In this document: piece after piece, positions 1 to 11,600 of the stretch
Layout of the letters: every line of letters starts with the position of its first letter
How positions within the stretch are numbered: the stretch's first letter is position 1
Source: a virus
Lineage: Duplodnaviria > Caudoviricetes
DNA: 64,000 bases
IMG/VR virus record: IMGVR_UViG_3300025608_000013
Coordinates: 1-64,000 of that record
Reading direction: 5' to 3' (one strand)
Notes under the pieces: generated by a model
What the model was told of the DNA's origin: nothing
Database searches by the model: none
Seen by the model: only the letters and a program-made list of their open reading frames with translations
Translations under genes and position numbers: made by a program

Positions 1-903
1 CGTGGTATATATAATGTACAAGATATTGACTTTGATCTTAGTCAATTTGGATTATTTTTAAGTAATGATATTTTGTTTATGACTATTCCAATTAACTATT
101 CAGTCAAAACAATTGGCAGAAAAATTATGCCAGGTGACGTAATCGAATTGCCTCATCTAAAAGACGAATATGCTGCTAATGATTATAGTATAGCACTAAA
201 GCGTTATTATGTAGTAGAAGATGTTAACCGTGCAGCAGAAGGATTTTCACCTACTTGGTATCCACACTTGTATAGACTAAAAATGAAGCAGTTGGTAGAC
301 AGTCAAGAGTTTAAAGAAATACTCGATTTGCCGGCTGAGGAAGGTAGTGACACAACATTGCGTGAGTTACTTTCTACATACGAAAAAGAAATGCAAATTA
401 ATGATGCTATTTTAGCAGAAGCAGTAACAGATGCTCCAAAAAGCGGATACGATATTACACACTTGTTTACACTAACAGTTGACGAAAACAACGTTACACA
501 AATTATAACAACAGACACTACAGACTTAGATGCTAGTACAATACAAGAACTTACATCACGTGTTATGCAAACACCAGATCGTAGTGGTTATACAGGTTAT
601 CTAATTGGTTCAGAAGTGCCTAATGGTGAAGCATTTGGTTTTGGAAATACGTTTCCATTAGGTAGTATCGAAGGAGACTTTTTCCTAAGGACAGATTATC
701 TGCCTAATAGATTGTTTCGATATGACGGTGCTAAATGGATTAAAATACATGACAATGTAAGAATGGATTTGTCCAACACAGATGACAGACAAACACTAAA
801 AACTTCGTTTATTAACAACGCCAACACTAATCAAATTGGCAATGAAGAAGTTGTTGAAAGACAAAGTTTAAGTCAAGCACTTAGACCAAAGGCAGATAAC
901 TAA
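1..903 (+). CDS. Neck/head-completion protein, T4 gp14-like (5' partial)
   Basis: Frame is open from base 1 (RGIYNVQDIDFDLSQFGLFLSNDILFM...), so the track start at 73 is not the true start. FGLFL..D and PGDVIELPHL...YVVEDV...WYPHL motifs; lies directly upstream of a gp15-like gene. Confidence 0.65.
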   Translation, partial: RGIYNVQDIDFDLSQFGLFLSNDILFMTIPINYSVKTIGRKIMPGDVIELPHLKDEYAANDYSIALKRYYVVEDVNRAAEGFSPTWYPHLYRLKMKQLVDSQEFKEILDLPAEEGSDTTLRELLSTYEKEMQINDAILAEAVTDAPKSGYDITHLFTLTVDENNVTQIITTDTTDLDASTIQELTSRVMQTPDRSGYTGYLIGSEVPNGEAFGFGNTFPLGSIEGDFFLRTDYLPNRLFRYDGAKWIKIHDNVRMDLSNTDDRQTLKTSFINNANTNQIGNEEVVERQSLSQALRPKADN

Positions 904-2345
904 TGCAACATTTCTACGACGGACAAATTAGAAGATACATTACACAAATTGTAAGGCTAATGAGTAACTTTTCTTATGAAGACGGACAAGGAAGTCTTAC
1001 TCGTGTTCCTGTAATGTACGGAGATATTACACGTCAAGTTGCACATATTATTCGAGATAACAGCGAAAATAAAATTCCAAGTGCTCCGCGAATTGGTGTA
1101 TACGTTACAGGACTAACAATGGATCGAGAGAGAACAAGCGATAGTAGTTTTGTTAGTAAAGTACATTTACGTGAAAGAGAATACGATAATACTAATCAAG
1201 AGTATCTTAATACACAAGGCAAAAATTATACAGTCGAACGTTTAATGCCTACTCCGTATATACTTACTGTAAGTGCTGACATCTGGTCAACTAACACAGA
1301 ACAGAAGCTACAGATTATAGAACAAATATTAATGCTGTTTAATCCTAGTTTAGAAATTCAGACTACAGATAATTATATTGATTGGACAAGTTTGAGTGTT
1401 GTAAATCTTGACGATATTACATGGAGTAGTAGAAGCATTCCTATGGGTACCGATAGCGATATTGATGTATCTACGCTAACATTTACTACACCAATATACA
1501 TTAGTCCACCTGTTAAAGTTAAAAAGATGGGTGTTATTACCAATGTAATTATGAGTATCTTTAACGAAGATACAGGGACTATTGATTTAGGCGAAAGCAT
1601 GCCAGAATTAACTGCATACCAAGACAGTCCAGAAATTGAAATTGACAGTGTTATTGTTGAAAATGCTGATGGTACTAAGACTAGTACTTCTACGGCAGGA
1701 AACTTTGCTGATGCTATTGAAGTTACAACATATAATGATTACGATTTAGTTGTTCTAAATAATCGAGCACAAATAGTTGACAACGGTCAGCAAGGTGCAA
1801 TTCGATGGGATCAGTATTTTGAAGCTGTGCCAGGACAGCATGTTGACGGAGTTACGCAAATACAATTAAAACGTCAAGACATTGCTAATAGCGTGAATGG
1901 TACAGTATCTATCGATTCTGCAGACGAAACCGTTCTTAACATTACATGGGACGATGATACTAAACCGACAAACACCCTTATCACAGGACCGAGTGGGCCT
2001 AGTGGCAATATAGATTATATCATTGACCCACAAAAATATAATCCTACAACAGTAAAATCAGCAGGATTGCGCTTGTTAATATTAAATGATATCGGTGATG
2101 CTAGTAATACAGACGGTCCTGCTGCTTGGGAAAACTCAAACGGAACAGACTTTATAGCAAGTGCAAACGATATCATCGAGTGGGATGGGTCTAATTGGTC
2201 AATTGTGTTTGATGCAAGTGCTACAGAAGATATTACATTTGTAACTAACTTAAACACTGGTGTTCAGTATAAGTGGACTGGAGAAGATTGGTTACTATCA
2301 TACGAAGGCGAATACCGAAAAGGAACCTGGCGCATAGTACTCTAA
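903..2345 (+). CDS. Tail completion/sheath stabiliser, T4 gp15-like, with C-terminal extension
   Basis: MQHFYDGQIRRYITQ..VPVMYGD..MPTPY..QIIEQILMLFNPSL matches the gp15 pattern; TAATG overlap with the upstream gene. Confidence 0.75.
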   Translation: MQHFYDGQIRRYITQIVRLMSNFSYEDGQGSLTRVPVMYGDITRQVAHIIRDNSENKIPSAPRIGVYVTGLTMDRERTSDSSFVSKVHLREREYDNTNQEYLNTQGKNYTVERLMPTPYILTVSADIWSTNTEQKLQIIEQILMLFNPSLEIQTTDNYIDWTSLSVVNLDDITWSSRSIPMGTDSDIDVSTLTFTTPIYISPPVKVKKMGVITNVIMSIFNEDTGTIDLGESMPELTAYQDSPEIEIDSVIVENADGTKTSTSTAGNFADAIEVTTYNDYDLVVLNNRAQIVDNGQQGAIRWDQYFEAVPGQHVDGVTQIQLKRQDIANSVNGTVSIDSADETVLNITWDDDTKPTNTLITGPSGPSGNIDYIIDPQKYNPTTVKSAGLRLLILNDIGDASNTDGPAAWENSNGTDFIASANDIIEWDGSNWSIVFDASATEDITFVTNLNTGVQYKWTGEDWLLSYEGEYRKGTWRIVL

Positions 2346-2353
2346 AATAAGTA
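2346..2353 (+). promoter_or_regulatory. Late-promoter-like AATAAGTA, 5 nt before ATG (leaderless)
   Basis: Variant of the TATAAATA-like motif that recurs before genes in this window; no SD sequence before ATG 2359. Confidence 0.5.
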
Positions 2354-2358
2354 CTTGT

Positions 2359-2802
2359 ATGACAAAGTCAGATATTACATGTAGCGGTGCGCTATTCTAT
2401 ACCTTAGATACTCAACGTTTTCTTTTGTTACATCGTACTAAATCTCGAAATGCAAATGTGTGGGGCTTAGTTGGCGGTACAAACGAAGACGGTGAAACTC
2501 CTTGGTCTGCACTACAAAGAGAAATTTCTGAAGAAGTAGGCTTTTTACCAGATATTATCAAAACAATTCCTTTAGAAACTTTTGTGTCAAACGACGAAAA
2601 GTTCTTGTTTCATACGTATCTTTGTGTTATAAAAGAAGAGTTCATTCCTAAACTAAATGACGAGCATGATGGATATGCTTGGGTAGACTTTGGTAAATGG
2701 CCTAAGCCGTTGCATCAAGGACTGCGTAACACACTACAAAGTAAAACAAATCAAACCAAACTACAAACTGTATTTGAATTAATTAATCTGTTAGAGAAAT
2801 AA
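2359..2802 (+). CDS. NUDIX hydrolase
   Basis: Nudix box GGTNEDGETPWSALQREISEEVG. Confidence 0.9.
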   Translation: MTKSDITCSGALFYTLDTQRFLLLHRTKSRNANVWGLVGGTNEDGETPWSALQREISEEVGFLPDIIKTIPLETFVSNDEKFLFHTYLCVIKEEFIPKLNDEHDGYAWVDFGKWPKPLHQGLRNTLQSKTNQTKLQTVFELINLLEK

Positions 2803-3944
2803 TGACCAAAGTATTAGTAATCGGCGATATAATCCTTGACAAATATATTTACGGCACAAGTACACGTTTGAGTCCAGAAGCTCCTGTACCAGTTGTAACA
2901 CAAGAACGTACAGTAGAAACTGTGGGCGGCGCAGGGCTTGTTTACGAAAACTTAAAAAGCCTAGGCGTAGATGTTAGTTTATATGAGCCCGATCAGCCTG
3001 CAAGTATAAAAACACGAGTGCTGTGTGACGGACACTATGTTACACGCATCGATAACGATTATATTGCAGACGGGTATGATATCTTAGAAGATTTACGGGA
3101 ATTTCCATTCTACAAATATAATTATGTAATACTAAGTGATTACAATAAAGGTGTATTAGATTTTGCTGAACAAATTATACAACTAGCAAATGAAGCAGGC
3201 TGTCGTGTTATTGTAGATCCGAAAAGATCAGCAGAACACTACAAAGGTGCTTGGCTTGTAAAACCTAATCGCAAAGAATTTGAAGAACTTGGGTTTAACA
3301 AGTGGTTAGGTAATATTATTACAACCAGTGCTAGCGATCCTGTGATTGCACAAGTTGATACAGAATATTATTCAGTAGATGTTGACTCTTTAGAAGTAGC
3401 AGACGTTACAGGAGCAGGTGATTGCTTCCTAGCAGCATTTGTATATGCACTTGTAAATGGATACGATTATAAAAAAGCAATTGAACTAGCTGTGCAAGGA
3501 TCAACAGAAAGCGTTAAGCATGTTGGTACATACATTCTTACAGAAAAAGACCTAAAGAAGAAAGTGGTGTTTACTAACGGATGTTTTGATGTACTACACA
3601 AAGGGCACCTTACACTGCTTAAACAAGCCCGTAGCTTAGGTGATAAACTTGTAGTAGGACTAAACAGCGATGCAAGTGTAACACGGCTTAAAGGCGCTAC
3701 AAGACCGTTTAACGATGTAGATACAAGACGTGAACAATTACTCTTGATTCCTTACGTAGATGATGTTATAATATTTGAAACAGATACTCCTTACGAGTTA
3801 ATAAAAGAATTACAGCCAGACTTAATTGTCAAAGGCGGAGATTATACAGTAGAAGAAATAGTAGGACATGATCTAGCACCAGTGCATATTGTTCCTACTG
3901 TAGAAGGCTACTCGACAACAAAGATTTTAGAGGCAAGCGAATGA
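2802..3944 (+). CDS. hldE: Bifunctional heptose-7-phosphate kinase / heptose-1-phosphate adenylyltransferase
   Basis: PfkB kinase motifs GDIILDKY, RLSPEAPVPV, SDYNKG, DVTGAGD fused to nucleotidyltransferase motifs FTNGCFDVLHKGH, GLNSDASV..LKG, KGGDY, GYSTT. Confidence 0.93.
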   Translation: MTKVLVIGDIILDKYIYGTSTRLSPEAPVPVVTQERTVETVGGAGLVYENLKSLGVDVSLYEPDQPASIKTRVLCDGHYVTRIDNDYIADGYDILEDLREFPFYKYNYVILSDYNKGVLDFAEQIIQLANEAGCRVIVDPKRSAEHYKGAWLVKPNRKEFEELGFNKWLGNIITTSASDPVIAQVDTEYYSVDVDSLEVADVTGAGDCFLAAFVYALVNGYDYKKAIELAVQGSTESVKHVGTYILTEKDLKKKVVFTNGCFDVLHKGHLTLLKQARSLGDKLVVGLNSDASVTRLKGATRPFNDVDTRREQLLLIPYVDDVIIFETDTPYELIKELQPDLIVKGGDYTVEEIVGHDLAPVHIVPTVEGYSTTKILEASE

Positions 3945-4777
3945 GAATTTTAGTAACAGGACATCAAGGTTTTATTGGACAAAATCTAGTGAGATACTTT
4001 TTAGCAAAAGGCGAACAAGTCGACGGCTTTGATTTTGTACCTAATATTATTCCAGATGTAACAAGATACGACTGGGTAATACATGCAGGTGCTATTAGTG
4101 ATACTACAGAAACTGATGTAGACAAGGTATGGGAACAAAATTTTGAGTTTACTAGTAGATTAATACAAGTTTGTGATCAGTTTGGAATTAATTTACAACT
4201 ATCTAGCACTAGTGCTGTATACGGTCCTGGCTATGACGGATTTAGAGAAGACAGTAAATGTCTACCACAATCACCGTATGCATGGTCAAAGTTTTTGATT
4301 GATAAAAATATTAAAGATATCGGAATCGAAGATAACTTTACAATGACTCTACAGAGCTTTCGTTATTTTAATGTATACGGTCCTGGTGAAGGTCACAAAG
4401 GTGATCAAATGAGTCTTGTGAGCAAGTTCCAAAAACAAGCGGCACACGATGGTGTAATCAAACTGTTTGAAAATTCAGACACGTTTGAGCGTGATTGTAT
4501 TTGTGTACGTGACTTGTGTTTGATTCACGATCTAATGATGACTTCAGATGCAAGCGGTATTTTTAATATAGGAACAGGTCGTGCAAGAAATTTAAAAGAT
4601 ATTGCAGAAGTTATTGCAGACAAGTATGATGCAACTATTGAAGAAATTCCAATGCCTGCACACTTACAAGGACAATACCAAACATTTACACAAGCAGATC
4701 TAACAGAGCTTAAAAAAGTAATTAAACTTCCTGAGTTTACTACTATTGAGGATTATATTAATGATCCAAATCTTTGA
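3941..4777 (+). CDS. hldD: ADP-L-glycero-D-manno-heptose 6-epimerase
   Basis: Extended SDR: VTGHQGFIG, HAGAISDTTE, PYAWSK (YxxxK), RYFNVYGPGEGHKG, YQTFTQAD; overlaps hldE. Confidence 0.88.
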   Translation: MRILVTGHQGFIGQNLVRYFLAKGEQVDGFDFVPNIIPDVTRYDWVIHAGAISDTTETDVDKVWEQNFEFTSRLIQVCDQFGINLQLSSTSAVYGPGYDGFREDSKCLPQSPYAWSKFLIDKNIKDIGIEDNFTMTLQSFRYFNVYGPGEGHKGDQMSLVSKFQKQAAHDGVIKLFENSDTFERDCICVRDLCLIHDLMMTSDASGIFNIGTGRARNLKDIAEVIADKYDATIEEIPMPAHLQGQYQTFTQADLTELKKVIKLPEFTTIEDYINDPNL

Positions 4778-5270
4778 TAATGTTTTACCTTATTTGCAAC
4801 TAGAGCATGCATATACACATGTTCGTGAAAAGACACCATATCGACTAGGATGGAAAGATCGTCGTGACTCAAAAGAATTATATATTCACTCTAAGCTAGA
4901 GCTAGAAGATGTAAACGAACTAGGCATATTGCAAACAATCAAAAATACTCCGCAAATTGCAAAACATGTAAAGCCTACACTGTTTGATTTTGCTGTTGTT
5001 AACTTAGATACCATAGGTAGTATACACTACAGTCACACTCACAAAAATTCTAATGTATTCCTATTGTATCTTAATAGCGACTGGAGACAAGAGTGGGGAG
5101 GAGAAACTTTATTCTTTGATAAAGAAACAGGCGAAGACATAGAATTTGCTTGTACACCCAAAGGAAACAGAGCTATATGGTTCGACGGTGAAATACCACA
5201 TAGTATACGAGCACCTGTAGTAAACGAATGGCGATTTAGCATATCATTATTTTTTAGGAAAGAAGCATGA
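4761..5270 (+). CDS. 2OG-Fe(II) oxygenase family protein
   Basis: HTH...LYLN..W..EWGGET...PH...R.SI double-stranded beta-helix pattern; ATG 4761 preferred over the track start at 4746. Confidence 0.75.
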   Translation: MIQIFDNVLPYLQLEHAYTHVREKTPYRLGWKDRRDSKELYIHSKLELEDVNELGILQTIKNTPQIAKHVKPTLFDFAVVNLDTIGSIHYSHTHKNSNVFLLYLNSDWRQEWGGETLFFDKETGEDIEFACTPKGNRAIWFDGEIPHSIRAPVVNEWRFSISLFFRKEA

Positions 5271-5650
5271 CAAGATTAGAAGGTAAAGTAGACAAAGGCT
5301 GGGGATACGAAGTTATCTGGGCAACTAATGACAAATACTGTGGTAAAATTATGGTATTTGAGAAAGTAGGTGCTAAGTTTAGCATGCACTTTCACAAAGA
5401 AAAAGACGAAACTTGGTTTATAAACAATGGACGTTTTTTATTGCGTTGGATTGACACAACAGATGCTAGTTTACATGAGCAAGAATTAAAGTCAGGCGAT
5501 GTATGGCATAACCCTCCGCTACAACCGCATCAATTAGTATGCATGGAGGCAGGCAGTAGTATTACAGAAGTAAGTACTCCAGACAGTGTAGAAGATAATT
5601 ATCGTATTGTCAGAGGCGACAGTCAAAGTCCTCCACAAGAAGAAAAATAA
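5267..5650 (+). CDS. Cupin, sugar-phosphate isomerase-like
   Basis: KGWGYE, SMHFHKEKDETW, PH, EVST..DNYR cupin metal motif. Confidence 0.75.
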   Translation: MTRLEGKVDKGWGYEVIWATNDKYCGKIMVFEKVGAKFSMHFHKEKDETWFINNGRFLLRWIDTTDASLHEQELKSGDVWHNPPLQPHQLVCMEAGSSITEVSTPDSVEDNYRIVRGDSQSPPQEEK

Positions 5651-5655
5651 GTCAC

Positions 5656-5686
5656 AAAAAAAGGAGCTATTACAGCTCCTTTTTTA
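5656..5686. terminator. Bidirectional intrinsic terminator
   Basis: AAAAAAAGGAGCT-ATTAC-AGCTCCTTTTTT between convergent genes. Confidence 0.9.
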
Positions 5687-5695
5687 TTGGCTATG

Positions 5696-8600
5696 TTAAG
5701 CCTGTGCTTCACCCCATTTAATAATGATGTTAGCATTTACTTGAGCACCGGACGTCTTATACACGTTAATTGCTAGTACGTCTGGTCCGTTCGGGAATGT
5801 ACCTCTACCACCTAGTGTAGTATTAGTCAATTCTTTCAAACTATCCAAGTTAAGCTCTGAACGTTCTCCCGGAGTCGCAATAAATGAGAACACTGTTTCG
5901 CCTGGTTGAGCAAACGGCGGCTGTCTAAACACAAAGTTAAAGTTGTCGCCACCACTAACAGTACCAGATGCTGCATTGTTAAATGACACTCTATAGTATC
6001 TTGCAAATTCTCCCGGAATATCTGGGTCACCAAATAGTAACGGACCTTCAACTTGTGATACTACTGTACTTGCAGGGAAATTAATATCACCTTGATCAGA
6101 TGGAGGTGAGTCTAAGTCTGTACCTGCTCGTGCACCACTTGCTACCCAACTTGCTTCGGTAAAGTAAGCAAAGTTACGATTTTCTAAATCTCCACCAAAC
6201 GCAAACGTAATATTTTCGTTATCTCTCAAGTTCTGTGTTGAAGTTGAACTAAATCTAACAAGCACGTAAGTCGAATAATTAGTAATCTGCGTAATTGTAG
6301 TTCCGCCTTGGAATTTAGGATCGTCTACTTCGTCACCTACTTTTAAGTTTTTATCTAAGAATGTTGGATAGAAGTAAGCAAAGTTTCTACGTCTGTTAGC
6401 CTGGAATGTGTTCATTTGAGCATTAACTGTTACACGACTTAGTACAGTTGCTTGTGCAGTTGTACTTGTATCTCCTGAATTCCATACAACAGAACCACCC
6501 GATGCAACTTGTGCAAAGCTTGGCTGTCCACCTTGTGCTAGTCCTGACAGTCCCTGCCAACCAACGTCTGCTGGATTAATTGGATAGTTTTGTGGGTTAA
6601 GAATACCTTCAATAACGATACCGCCTAAAATCTTGCTTCCAGCGTCATCTTCGCCGTCCGAAGTAATCTCCATTGCTTGCATTAATAACTGAGCACGGTT
6701 TAGTAGTTCTCTATCACCTAAGTCACCTGTAATAGCGTTACTTACACTAGGTGCTAGACGTAGCAAGAATGCAGTTTGTCTAGTTGTTGTAACAGCTAGT
6801 CCTGTTTCTGTGTATGAGAAAATGTAACCACGATCATCATCAAACATACCGTCTGTAATAAACGCCGAACCCCAGTGACTAATTAATGGAGTAATTGTGT
6901 TACTTACTAGTACAACGCCTGTTTTACCCAAATGTGTAGCTGCTGCACCTGCTGTGTATTGGCGCAACGATCCTGCTTGGAAGTTAGTTAGTGAAGCACC
7001 ACGTGTACAACCAGTTAGATTATTGTTTGTAAAGTCTACCCCAGTAAATGTAATTAACTCGTTATCAATATACACTGTACCGCTTTGTGGGAAGAAACGT
7101 GCATCTACTAACGGAACAGTAGTTTGTACATCTGTCATGTTTTCACGTAAACGTCCGTTTGCACCTTCGTTTGATACTTCATAACGCACAGGCAAGTTAC
7201 CTGAACGCATAAACGCTTCGGTGTTTACGTTTGAGTTACGCATTCTGTGTGAAAATACAAAGTTACCATCTGATCCACGTAGCATCCAGTCAATAAAACC
7301 AGCACCGTACCATGAATATTGAATACCAATCATCTGCATATACGAGATGTCAATATTATAACCACTTGGTCCGGAGCCGTCAAGTTTATCTAAGTTAAAC
7401 TCATCTTGCTTAACTTTCTTATCTGTTACTAGACATACTTTAGCAGCAAGTGCTGGGTTAACTCCACGATAGTCCGGAGTTACTGTCATTTCAGTTTGAC
7501 TATTAATGTGTGACACCATGTGTGTCATACCACGAATAACAATTCTATCACCTGCTGTTAATTGGTCACGGAATCTTGTTCCAGTACCGGTAATTAAATT
7601 ACTGTCTGGATTTACTCCTACTGTACCTGCAATCTGTTTAGTACTAGTACGCTGTGCTACCTGAATGTTAACACCGTCGTATTCCCAGTAAATGCCGTTT
7701 TGATCATCAAAAATACCCGAGCGTACTGTTGCACCGTGCCATCCTACTACAGATACTTGTGCAGCAAAACCAATAACTGCTTCAGTGCTGCCTAAACGTC
7801 TTGTAGTTAATGCTTTAAATGTGCGTTCGTTAACAATTTGTGTAACAGTGTAGTTACCATTATATCCAGGTGTTTCTACACCAATAATACGTACACGGCC
7901 GCCAACTTGCATACCATGATCATTGTCATCTAGTGTAACAGTGATTGTTGATCCAATCGACGTACCGTTTGATGTAATTGTTGCAATGTCGTAGCTCGGT
8001 GCAAATAGTGCACCAGTTGTATACATAATACCTTTACCTGACTGGTAACGAATATACTTTTTACTTTGACGTATAGCTTGCGCACCGTGTTGTGGGCCAC
8101 CGGTACCTAGCTGTACACCACCGTCATATGGTCTGTGGATAAAGAAGCTATCCGGACGTAGATAAACGTCACCCAAAATATCATCATTTCCTACAGTAGT
8201 AATATTTCCCGGAGCACGAGCCTGGTATCTTAATGTATCAACTGTTGGAACGCTAGTAGCAATAAACGAACCACTAGCTAGACTGTGATTGTTTGTGCCG
8301 CCATCGTCCGAGTTAACATCAACGATAAATGTAGCTCCTGGTACAATACCATGTGCATTATCAAATGTTATCTCGATTGTAGCAAGTGCTTCAAAAGGAA
8401 CTTCAGTAGCTGCTGGAACCGGAGCAGTTGTAAACTCTGACATTGTAACAGCATTTACAAGTTCTAGTGCATCGCCGCCAACTGCTGTACCTGTTACAGT
8501 TACACCATTAATTGCTCCACTATTAGTACTTGTTACTGTAACAACAGCATCATTTGCAGGTGTTGCGCCGCCAATTGCTGTACCTAGTACTGTAATTGTG

Positions 8601-11600
8601 TTGCCTATATTGTAGTCACTTCCGCCTAAGTTATTAACTTCAACAGTAATGTAGTTGCTGCCTGAACGTGTAATATCAAACGTAGCACCTGTTCCAGAGT
8701 TAGTTAAATTAGAACCTGCAACGCCTGTAAATATGTTAGCAAGTGCAGGGGCAGTACCAGCTGTACTTACGGTTCCTACTGAACCGGTGCTGTTGTCGCC
8801 AATTCCTGTAATTGTAATTGTAACATCGTTTGCAGGTGTTGTACCACCAATTTCTGTACCTTCTATTAAGAATGTTTGTCCTACGTGATAGTCTGTACCA
8901 GCTGTATCAACTGTAGCAGTTAGCGTGGCGCCATCGTTTTCAATATCAAACACCGCTCCTGTACCACCGTATGCTGCACCAGATAATCCAAAGAACGATC
9001 CAGCATCTTCTGCTACTGGGATAGATGAAATATCAGGACCTTCTTCGCGGAATCCTAAAATGTTTCCTGTTGGTCCTACATCATTAATTCTTAGTACAAG
9101 ATCGTTAGTTGGTGAAATGCCTCCTAGTTGTGTGCCAAGAATTGTAATAGTGTCGGCTGTAGTATAACCTGTGCCTTCAGCGGTAATACGAGTTGAATAT
9201 GTAATTCCTGATGCAATTATTTCAAATTCAAACCCTGTTCCTGATCCGCCAGTGAATGTAATTTCACTAGATTGATAAGATCTATCAACGCTAGGAGGAG
9301 CACCTAAACTCCAATCTGTTTGATCAATTTCAACAGTATCAATTGTACCAGAAGTTACACCTGTTACTTTAATAATAACATCGTTACCGCCTGATGCTGC
9401 ATTACCAGTTTGTCCAGATCCAGGCGCAACACTAGTGCCCGGAATGCGAATTCTGTCACCTACAGTCCAGCCTGATGATGCATTTGGAGATCCTAATGCA
9501 ATAGTGTCGTACTGGCCGCCGGCATATGTAACGTCAATAGTAGGCAAGTTTGTGCCGCCACTATTATTATACGTGCTGACTACGCTAGTATATGTAATAG
9601 CACCGTCAAGTGCAGTACCGTCAACTGTTGCCGCTGTAATGCTACCTACACCGTCAACTGTTGTTACTGTAACAGTAGCATCATTAGCAGGAGTAGTACC
9701 ACCAACTAAATCACCAGTTAAAAGGATTTGGTCACCTGCTTGATAACCTGATCCTCCTTGTGCAATGCCGTCTACAGCATATGTAGTTCCTGTTTTGCTT
9801 ATGTTAAATTCAGCGTTAATACCTGCTGCTGTGTTTACTGTACCGCTTACCGCAGTATAAGTTTCTTGCGCCTGTGTTAGTGTAACTGTAAATTCGCCAC
9901 TCATTGTAACAGTAGTACCTGTTACGTCTGTTACGAAGATAGCATCACCGTCACCGTTATCAGCAGCAAGACCTACAACAATACCTGTTGGGTCACTTAC
10001 ATTAAATTGTGTTTGGCCTGGCGTAATGTCGGCAGTTGTAATTGGAATTAATGCTTCACCATCTGGTGTGCTTGATATTGCTGTAACCTGAGAACCTACT
10101 GGAATGTCATTATAAACAATCGGAGCACCAATTTCTGGAACATCGCCTGTAAATGCAAGTCTGTTTTCACCAGTTTGTGCATTAAGTGCTAGTGTCATTA
10201 TACCAGCAGTACCGTTTGATGCAACAGCAAATGTTGGTTCGCCAACATCGGCACCAGTGTAAAAATTACCTCTACGTAACTGTGTATAAGTTGTTGCTAG
10301 AATATCGCCTTCTGAATCGCCTACTTTAGCTTTTGCATAATATGTAAATGTACTATTTGTCGGAACAGTAATAATTACAAACGAACCTTCTGCACGACTT
10401 GCTCCGGTAATACTTTGTTCAAGGGCTTTGATTGTAATCGGAGTACCTGGAGTAAATCCGTGAGCGCCTCGGGTAGTAACTGTAATTAAACTTGCACCAA
10501 TTCCTTCAGTTCCTGCAGAAGCATCAGTAACAACAGTTTGTACTTCAGTTTCAGAACCTGGAACTTCGTAAATACTTGGATAGCCGCGTTGCATACCAAT
10601 AGCTGACCATTTAGTAGGCTGTAGGCCGTACTCAAAGTCAGCGTCAAGCATTGATAGCGGAGGTGCAACACGCATACGTTCAATAGCATCAGTACCAAAT
10701 GCATACGGACGGGTTACTGTAACACTTTCGCCGTTTTCAATTTTTTCTACAAAAATTTGTAGGCTGTCTTCTGACGAATGTGATTGTGTATTGTATGTTA
10801 AATCTAATGTTACAATAGTATCTGTAGTTTGCAAAAACTTAGGAAAATCAATGTCAGCATCTCTGTTTGCATTAGTAAAGTCATACTTTACTAGATATCC
10901 TGAACTGTCACGTGGTTGATCGTCTGTAGTTTGTTTTAATATTGCGCCACGCTTTGGATCGCCAAAGTTGTAAATAATTTCGTTTTTTGTTGTGTTAGTA
11001 ATTAACAGTACATCACTTAAATCGTAGTTTCCGACAAACTTAACATGTCCTAAGCCTTTACGCTCAAATGTAGGTAATGCACTTGTACCACTTTGGATAA
11101 CATCTCGTACTAAATTAACAAGAACTTGAATTACGCCCGGAGCATTTCCTTCTGCTGTTTTGCTTATGTCAATTACTTGTGCAACTTGAGCTTGGTTTGG
11201 TGTTATTTGAGGCGTATTTGTTAATACATTGTTAGTAATCAAATCTCTTGTAAATTCTTTTGCACGAATTTCTGGAGTTCTATAACCATCAACTTGAGCT
11301 ACATCATATTCCCAGTATGTTTTAGCAATACGTGTAGTTTCTTCGTTGCCGCCATAACGTAAGTCATGTATATAAGCATTTAAGTTAAATTCAGTATCTC
11401 TTTCGCACTTAGCACTGTCGTAGTTATATGCTGCCGGAGGAGTTACTGCTGCAATAATAGTATCTGCTTGTCCGCCAATTTCACTAAATGCGTTTTGTAA
11501 GCTAGCAGATGCCCAAGCAACAGCCGGTGCTGTTCTTGTTACGCCGTCTAGGCCGTCTGTAACACCGAGATTTACTACGTCTTCTACAAGTTGTAGTAGG

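Noticed and set aside
2802-4777. Bacterial LPS locus or host contamination
   Set aside because: Genes are coupled within a unit flanked by phage structural genes and preceded by the phage late-type motif
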